DNA from: Octopus vulgaris
Lineage: Eukaryota
Assembly: GCA_951406725.2 (NCBI GenBank)
Contig: OX597831.1
Span: forward strand, 34,286,001 to 34,350,000
Length of the DNA: 64,000 bases
Direction: 5' to 3'
In this document: piece after piece, positions 58,168 to 64,000 of the stretch
How the letters are laid out: each line of letters opens with the position of its first letter
How positions within the stretch are numbered: position 1 is the stretch's first letter
The notes under the pieces: model-generated
The model's input: the letters and a program-made list of their open reading frames with translations, nothing else
The model's database searches: none
What the model was told of the DNA's origin: nothing
Program-made: the position numbers and the translations under genes

Positions 58168-58380
58168 TGTGTGTATGTATCTATTTGTGTGTTCGTGTTT
58201 GTTGCCCCACCATCGCTTGACAACCGATGTTGGTGTGTTTGCGTCCCCCGCAACGTAGCGGTTCGGCAAAAGAGACCGATAGAATAAATACTAGGCTTAC
58301 AAAGAGTTACTCCTGCGGTCGATTTGTTCGGCTGAAGGCGGTGCAACAATATGGCTGCAAATGACTAAAACAAGTTAAAG
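57704..58380 (+). mobile_element. SINE family A interrupted by the HHR-variant repeat
   Basis: Head 57704-57868 and tail 58180-58380, with a nested insertion in the internal (TA)n. Confidence 0.8.
57901..58075 (-). mobile_element. Short repeat with hammerhead-like variant core, inserted in the (TA)n of a SINE (also at 8122-8328 -, ~50700-50915 +, 1-50 + truncated)
   Basis: Near-identical to 8122-8290. Minus strand 58036-57999 reads tcttt-CTGTCGAA-gagc gtag gctc-GAAA-cg-TA-aaaga. Confidence 0.7.
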
Positions 58381-58568
58381 AATTAAAAAATCTCATCCAG
58401 TGGCCACGATTTCTCTTCAAATAATTGCATGAAAATCATAGTTCTCATACTAAACGTCTCTAAATCAAATAACAGAACTGTCCTTTCGTTAATGGCATAC
58501 TTTCATTTCTATTGGTAGCTCTACTCCCTCATTTGACTTAGATTTACTACTATGTCGTCAGTGTAGAC

Positions 58569-58842
58569 CAGTTCTACTCAAAGTAGTGGTCCACAGACCG
58601 GTGCCTGTCCGCGAGCTATCACTTGCTGGTACGCAGCGAGTTTCCGGTAGAGAAAGAAACATTATAAAATGCTTATAGAATATTGTATTATTTGTTTACA
58701 AAATAAATATATAATAAAAATATTGTCAACTTTTATCATATGCATTATATGTATTGTTTCCAGTATAAATTACTAAGAAATATTACCGGTCCCTGGGAGA
58801 AAAACTGCCTGTACACTACATCAGGTAGTTTGAGAAGCACTG
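58569..58842. mobile_element. hAT-type MITE with 8-bp target site duplication
   Basis: TIRs cagttctactcaaagt / agtttgagaagcactg, with identical GTGTAGAC at 58561-58568 and 58843-58850. Confidence 0.85.
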
Positions 58843-60699
58843 GTGTAGACAACATCTCTGTTGTATGCAATCGACGCTGATTTCTACTACATCAGTCTGC
58901 TTTGATTTCATTCTCGCTTTTGTCGCCGCTTGGCCTCGAAGCCATGTTTTATATCTTGAACATTTTCTTCACCCTTTCAGCAACAAAATATGTGTAAATA
59001 TACGACAGTAATGTTGTAGTCATTTAAATCGTTATGCATTTTCCCCGAACTAATGGTAAACAGTTAGCTAATCTTAACATATCACTTTCGCAATATTAAC
59101 CTAATTTAGAACTAAAATATATACGATTCCTCCCAGTAAGCTACAATTAATCAACTTGAAGACAACTTTACTTGTTCAGTTCTGTCATTGTATTTTATTC
59201 TAACATATTAACTGCTGAAGTATTCGATAACAAACACCATTTATTGTTGGTCGTAAGATAAGATATTCTAATACATTGTCATAGAAATAGGTCATTGGAT
59301 GTATAGTGCGTTTAATAACGCCTTTATATTCACAGAACGTAATAAAGATGTACATCAAACTTTCGTTTGAAGTAAATAAATCTCCGATTAGGACCAACTT
59401 TGAATTATGAGACATTGGAAACAGCTGCACAATAAATGGTAATTCATTCTAAGATTATTTGTATAGGCTACAGTTTATTCACCCGTGTATAGTGAAATTG
59501 TGAGCTATTTATACAAGTCTCTATCGTTGTATATTACTTCTTTTGTCCATTTTCATTGTTCGTATATTATTTTTGTATATTTTTTTGTTCTAGTTTGTTT
59601 TTGCTGTTACTACTACTTTCTTCTCTCTTTCCTTTCTTGTGCTTTCATTCTTTTTTAGTCGCTAGGGGGGGAAAACATCTTTTCTCAGACACAGATCGGA
59701 ATAAAGAGTTCAATCTTGAAAAATTAGAAAATATATTATTTGTAATTGGATATAGATACATCTCTAACAATGGCTGAAAAGACATTGTTGTTCTTCGTGA
59801 AGCTTGTTTACTTGAAAGTATACATTTCAATGATAAATTGCTATTTTAACATATTTAGCAGATAATATCGAGTGAAAATAAGATTGCATTTAGCTCTCAA
59901 ATTAATAACTTATATTGTATTTTCTTCCTATTATATATACACTTTCATCACACTATTCTTTTCTCTCGTTAAGAATTGAATTTCTTCTAAACACAGTTTT
60001 TTAGAATTTCTTTTCTGATCTTCAGTCCGCTTTCTTTTTTCAACTTGCTCAAATCATTATTTTATTATGTTTTTTTTATATGTTTAAATGAAAAAAAAAT
60101 ACTATGTTACATATTTTTCATCGTAAACTTAAGCTTTGGTTTTCCTTTTTCAAAGTAAATTCTATATAAATTCTGTTTTTCGTTTTGCTTACAATTCGCT
60201 AAACGCCTTGATATTAATCATAGAATCTTAACAGGTGAACACCTAACAGCAAATGATAAAGATCTTATCCTAACTAATAACGTAAGTGTTTGCATTACCG
60301 GTTTACCCAATTCTATTCAACAATTCAGCTGTTGATTTCCTCAGAGGAAGTATGAACATCTATTTTTGCTCGTCTTGAAATGTGAGTTATTGTTTCAAAC
60401 AATAATAAGTCTAGTTTCCTCAGGTGTATACAACCTACATTGGTATTTAAAATGTATTTAAGAGTAAAATCGAGCAGACTATGATTTTAAGAGAATTACG
60501 TTAAGACTGATATTGTGACATTAAGATAGTGTTGCTATATAACATTGAGACCGCAAAATTTAGTCTTATAAAATTAAGAGGATAACGTTGAGATTGTAAC
60601 GTTATTCCCAGGATATTAACGCTATTACACTAAGATTGTGTTGCTAATTCTTTGACATTTAAACTGTCATTAAAAGCGTAACAGTAAGACCGTAATAAC

Positions 60700-61104
60700 T
60701 CTTTTCCTCCTTTACTCTTTTACTTGTTTCAGTCATTTGACTGCGGCTATGCTGGAGCACCACCTTTCGTCGAGCAAATTGACCCCAGGACTTATTCTTT
60801 GTAAGCCTAGTACTTATTCTATCGGTCTCTTTTTCCGAACCGCTAAGTTACGTGGACGTAAACATACCACCAAGCGATGTTGGGGGGGGGGACAAACACA
60901 GACTCACAAACACACGCACATATATATATATACATATATACGACGGGCTTCTTTCAGTTTCCGTCTACCAAATCCACTCACAAGGCTTTGGTCGGCCCGA
61001 GGCTGTAGTAGAAGACACTTGCCCAAAGTGTCACGCAGTGGGACTGAACCAGAAACCATGTGGTTGATAAGTAAGCTACTTACCACACAGCCACTCCTAT
61101 GCCT
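60700..61104 (-). mobile_element. SINE family A
   Basis: Homologous to 51722-52129. Confidence 0.85.
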
Positions 61105-61114
61105 ATATATATAT

Positions 61115-61312
61115 AGCACGCCGGGCGAAACGCGTAGCCGTTTTTCGTCTGCCGTTACGTTCTGAGTTCAAATTCCGCTGAAGTCGACTTTGCCTTTCAT
61201 ACCGGAGTCGGTAAATAAAGTACCAGTTACGCACTGGGGTCGATGTAATCGACTTAATCCCTTTGTCTGTCCTTGTTAGTCCTCTCTATGTTTAGTCCCT
61301 TGTGGGCAATAA
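61115..61312 (+). mobile_element. SINE family B, 5'-truncated, (AAAT)n tail
   Basis: Homologous to 37261-37468. Confidence 0.8.
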
Positions 61313-61328
61313 ATAAATAAATAAATAA

Positions 61329-61388
<60 letters not shown>

Positions 61389-61781
61389 TAAACACTGGTG
61401 TTCTGTATTCTGACTGACCTTTGGTCAAATAACACCATTAAAACTATCACCTAAATAAATGACAAATCTTACTAATTAAATGAAAACAAGTATCAAGAGC
61501 AAGAAGATTGAACTGCAGCCTGGCTCACTTTTCCAAATCAGCCGTTTTCTAAATGTCAGGAAGTCGAAATGCTTCACTGAAGAAAAAAAATGGCGATTCA
61601 CGTGTACGTGTTGGCACAATATCGTTGTTTATTATAGTATTTCGTGCTGATGTTGGATTAATCGAAGAAAAATCTCAGCTCAAGTGTTACTGTCGTGTCG
61701 ATGTCGATTTAGAGTGTTGTGAGCAACGTAAGCAATTACTTGCACACCGATTTCAATTACGTCTGTAGAACAGAACCAGAG

Positions 61782-61825
<44 letters not shown>

Positions 61826-61827
<2 letters not shown>

Positions 61828-61982
61828 TGAGAGAAAGAGACAGAGACAAAGAGAGAGTGAGAGGGAGTGGGAGAAAGTGAGTGAGTGAGTGAGTGAGTGG
61901 GTGAGAGAAGCAGTGAGAAAGGACAGAGTCGGACGTTTAAGGAAGCACTGAACGCTAACTGGAAAATTCACAGTATTAGTAT

Positions 61983-62051
<69 letters not shown>

Positions 62052-62108
62052 TAGTAGTAGTAGCAGCAGCAGCAGAAATAGTAGCAGTAGTGGTGGTGGT
62101 GGTGGTGA

Positions 62109-62144
<36 letters not shown>

Positions 62145-62337
62145 AATCGTTTGGCTCTAGGTAAGCCGTAACAAACCTCAAGTGAGAGAAAGAGACAGAG
62201 ACAAAGAGAGAGTGAGAGGGAGTGGGAGAAAGTGAGTGAGTGAGTGAGTGAGTGGGTGAGAGAAGCAGTGAGAAAGGACAGAGTCGGACGTTTAAGGAAG
62301 CACTGAACGCTAACTGGAAAATTCACAGTATTAGTAT

Positions 62338-62406
<69 letters not shown>

Positions 62407-62555
62407 TAGTAGTATTTGTAGTAGTAGTAGTAGTAGCAGCAGCAGCAGAAATAGTAGCAGTAGTGGTGGTGGTGGTGGTGATGGTGGTGGTAGTAATAGT
62501 AGTAGTAGTAGTAGTAGTATAATCGTTTGGCTCTAGGTAAGCCGTAACAAACCCC
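61826..62555. repeat. Tandem duplication of a ~355-380-bp compound microsatellite unit
   Basis: Unique spacers (ggacagagtcggacgtttaaggaagcactgaacg; taatcgtttggctctaggtaagccgtaacaaacc) each occur twice. Confidence 0.88.
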
Positions 62556-63365
62556 AACACTTGCTTCTAGGTCAGCCGTAACCAACCTCATGTATTTTTG
62601 TTATATATATATCTTAGACTATATAGAGCAATGTATCCTTGCTTTTACAAAACGACATACGGGTTTTATTTAAGAAGTATTTGGCTGCTAATTTCAAAAG
62701 GTCGAGTGGACAGCATAGTAGCACACAGAAATTCGATTTCCCATTGTTCTGAGATCTATCAAGAAAATATAGAAATAATTACATGATCTTTACTTTATTC
62801 TCGTATATTTCGGTTGCTTCTCTCAGTTAAGGAGGTAAATTGGCAAAGTCGTTAAACCATTGGAATATAATGCTTTCAGTATTTAATTCGACCCTTTGTG
62901 CTGTGAGTTCAGATCCTGCCAAGACCAAATTAGCTTTATCTTTTTTTAGAGTCGATAAATAAGCACCGACCCAAGGTAGTGGATTGACAGAACACTGTTC
63001 GGACGATATGCCTTGTGGTGGCTCTTCCGGTCCTCTACTTTCAAACGGCAACGCCTTTGACATCGTTGGTGCCAATAAGGGTGGAGATTTGTCTTGTGCA
63101 AGCAAATGCTAGTCTTCTATTTAAAAAATAATATTCCCTATACCTGCACAGGCTGAATCAAAATACTTAATCATACTATATTCACTGGCCAGCGGAGGTC
63201 TATATATGTTCTTTCACTAAACGCACCACAAAAGATAGCGTAGCAAAATAATTAGCATTAAATAATAGTTGGTAATGTTTTGCAGTGTATCTTTATATCT
63301 GCTTTTTATTCTAACTATAAACACAGCCACTCCACGATTCAATAGAATATATATTTATTCGTTTC

Positions 63366-63590
63366 AGGAAAATTCGCCGTAAGAAATTTCGCCGTATGTT
63401 CAATGATAAACTATATTATATCAGCAGTTTTTGAAACATACAAAAAAAAACTGATAAAATGTTTTATAAACGCATTAAATAGGAACGTCTTTATTCAACG
63501 TCAAACTGTTAAAAATGTGATGAAGTCATTTAAAATGAAATTTATTATGGCGAATTTTCCTACGGCAAAAATGTTAACGGCAAAATTTCC
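63366..63590. mobile_element. MITE-like element with repeated subterminal motifs
   Basis: aggaaaattcgccgtaagaaatttcgccgta at the left; inverted tatggcgaattttcctacggcaaaa..acggcaaaatttcct at the right. Confidence 0.5.
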
Positions 63591-64000
63591 TATAACCATA
63601 TCTATCATGTATTGTACAGATATCGATTCCTTTGCCTGTCGTTCTCAACAAGTCGATGAAATAAATAAAAGACCAAATACGGTCAATTTGACATTCCTGT
63701 AAAACGTTAATGGATTTATACAAAAAGACTAATGCAGAGAATCTCCCCGTTGTATAACAATGTGCCCAGCAGTAACCCTTCGGTTATTCCAAGGACTATC
63801 AACTTGATATATTTCTGAGACGAAATAGCTCTTATTTGGGTATATTATTCGTTTCCGCTTTGTACTTACAAAGAGTTACAGCTCCGAAATAGTTACATAG
63901 TCATCAAGAGTCTTCAAGATCAAGACTTGCATGTCCATGTCAACCCTTACCCACTACATTTCATTCCGTATCACCTCACCCTTCACTACAAGTTCGCACT

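Noticed and set aside
59200-59430. 76-aa minus-strand ORF with an LVLIGD motif
   Set aside because: Too short, with no other helicase or nuclease motifs and no splice support.

Overview
AT-rich, microsatellite-dense eukaryotic genomic DNA. The SINE repertoire and (TA)n/(TTA)n load resemble an octopus genome (inference). Almost all ORFs in the track are microsatellite artefacts. The window holds four small + strand exons of a class B1 (secretin-family) GPCR of the CRF/DH44 receptor type (ECL2 to TM7: 255-318, 5893-5978, 20834-20969, 23472-23513); I could not identify the terminal exon. The introns and downstream DNA contain a near-intact Penelope-like retroelement (RT + GIY-YIG, Naiad-type Cys motif), two mariner relics, a hAT relic, hAT and other MITEs, two Helitron-like elements, a CR1-like LINE fragment and many tRNA-derived SINEs. 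The most notable hidden signal is a set of minimal type I hammerhead ribozyme (HHR) motifs: 8 with a canonical core, plus several variant or degenerate ones. They come from several unrelated short non-coding elements, mostly next to (TA)n tracts and often in inverted or tandem arrangement. One is a ~357-bp retrozyme-like tandem unit whose 5' boundary coincides with the predicted HHR cleavage site. All ribozyme calls are by-eye folds and are untested.
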